From IMG/VR virus record IMGVR_UViG_3300042453_001086, positions 125,883-189,882 of that record: a DNA stretch of 64,000 bases; one strand, given 5' to 3'. The position numbers were made by a program, and so were the translations under genes. This DNA is from a virus. Under the pieces are notes generated by a model. It did no database searches, was not told the origin of the DNA, and worked only from the letters and a program-made list of their open reading frames with translations. Shown one piece after another: positions 63,718-64,000 of the stretch (positions are counted from its first letter, which is position 1; every line of letters begins with the position of its first letter).

Positions 63718-64000
63718 CTTCAATAAACCATAATGGGGGTGTAGATGGAGACTTCCAAGTAGCAAAAGCAACCTTGTCTCCGATATAATAGTTACGGTAT
63801 GACTGGATAGAATCTCCAGGCACTTTGTATTTATCGGGCATTGCAGGGGGCGGATCCTGCCATCCATTGTCACGACTATTCTGCGGTGCTCGCCATAGAT
63901 AACTGACCATACTTTCACTGGCGTGATACTTACCATAGCGTCGAGTATATTCTACACAGCAATGCTGGAACAACTCAAACAACCAGCGATAGTGAGAGGA
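63692..64000 (-). CDS. pyrimidine-dimer glycosylase (DenV/Pyr_excise)-like protein, 5' end outside the window
   Basis: WLFELF..EYTRRYGKYH..PPAMPDKYK..SIQSYRNYY..K. Confidence 0.7.
   Translation of the reverse strand, partial: SSHYRWLFELFQHCCVEYTRRYGKYHASESMVSYLWRAPQNSRDNGWQDPPPAMPDKYKVPGDSIQSYRNYYIGDKVAFATWKSPSTPPLWFIEDANLQVQG

Noticed and set aside
1-64000. Integrase, transposase or IS element
   Set aside because: No recombinase motifs, terminal inverted repeats with target duplications, or att-like sites were recognised

Overview
A 64 kb segment of a T4-like cyanomyovirus (Synechococcus/Cyanobium-type phage). Almost all genes are on the minus strand except gp4-gp2-gp48-gp53. Layout: (1) ~0.7-7 kb, an immediate-early array of tiny genes (GC-rich to ~3.9 kb), most with their own copy of a repeated promoter module, including an orphan HicA-like toxin, an ArdA-like antirestriction protein and an EcoRI-fold restriction endonuclease; (2) 5.6-7.5 kb, AT-rich inverted repeats and clusters of cyanobacterial DnaA boxes (origin-like); (3) 7.5-24.4 kb, many small hypothetical genes plus an SF2 helicase, a ParB-like protein, a thioredoxin-like protein and a Dam-family methyltransferase; (4) 24.4-41.4 kb, 2OG-Fe(II) oxygenases, a fibre chaperone, three tail-collar proteins and a 3495-aa virion protein; (5) three tRNAs; (6) baseplate/tail genes (gp5, hub, hydrolase-bearing proteins, gp51, gp26, gp54, gp4, gp2, gp48, gp53) with CP12; (7) gp32, gp33, exonuclease, PhoH and a DenV-like gene. 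The strongest candidate for a new system is a split, phage-encoded AATT restriction-modification system. Three observations support it: an early EcoRI-fold nuclease carrying the AATT-reading GNAIER motif, a Dam homologue 18 kb away whose two GATC-outer-base readers are replaced (K9->I, R124->Q), and a roughly 10-fold depletion of AATT across the window (CCGG also appears absent). Other highlights are a fixed-spacing palindromic element upstream of the early promoters, DnaA-box clusters, and phycocyanin-like KCxRDIGY repeats in the giant virion protein. All counts are by eye and all family calls rest on motif recognition, not database searches.
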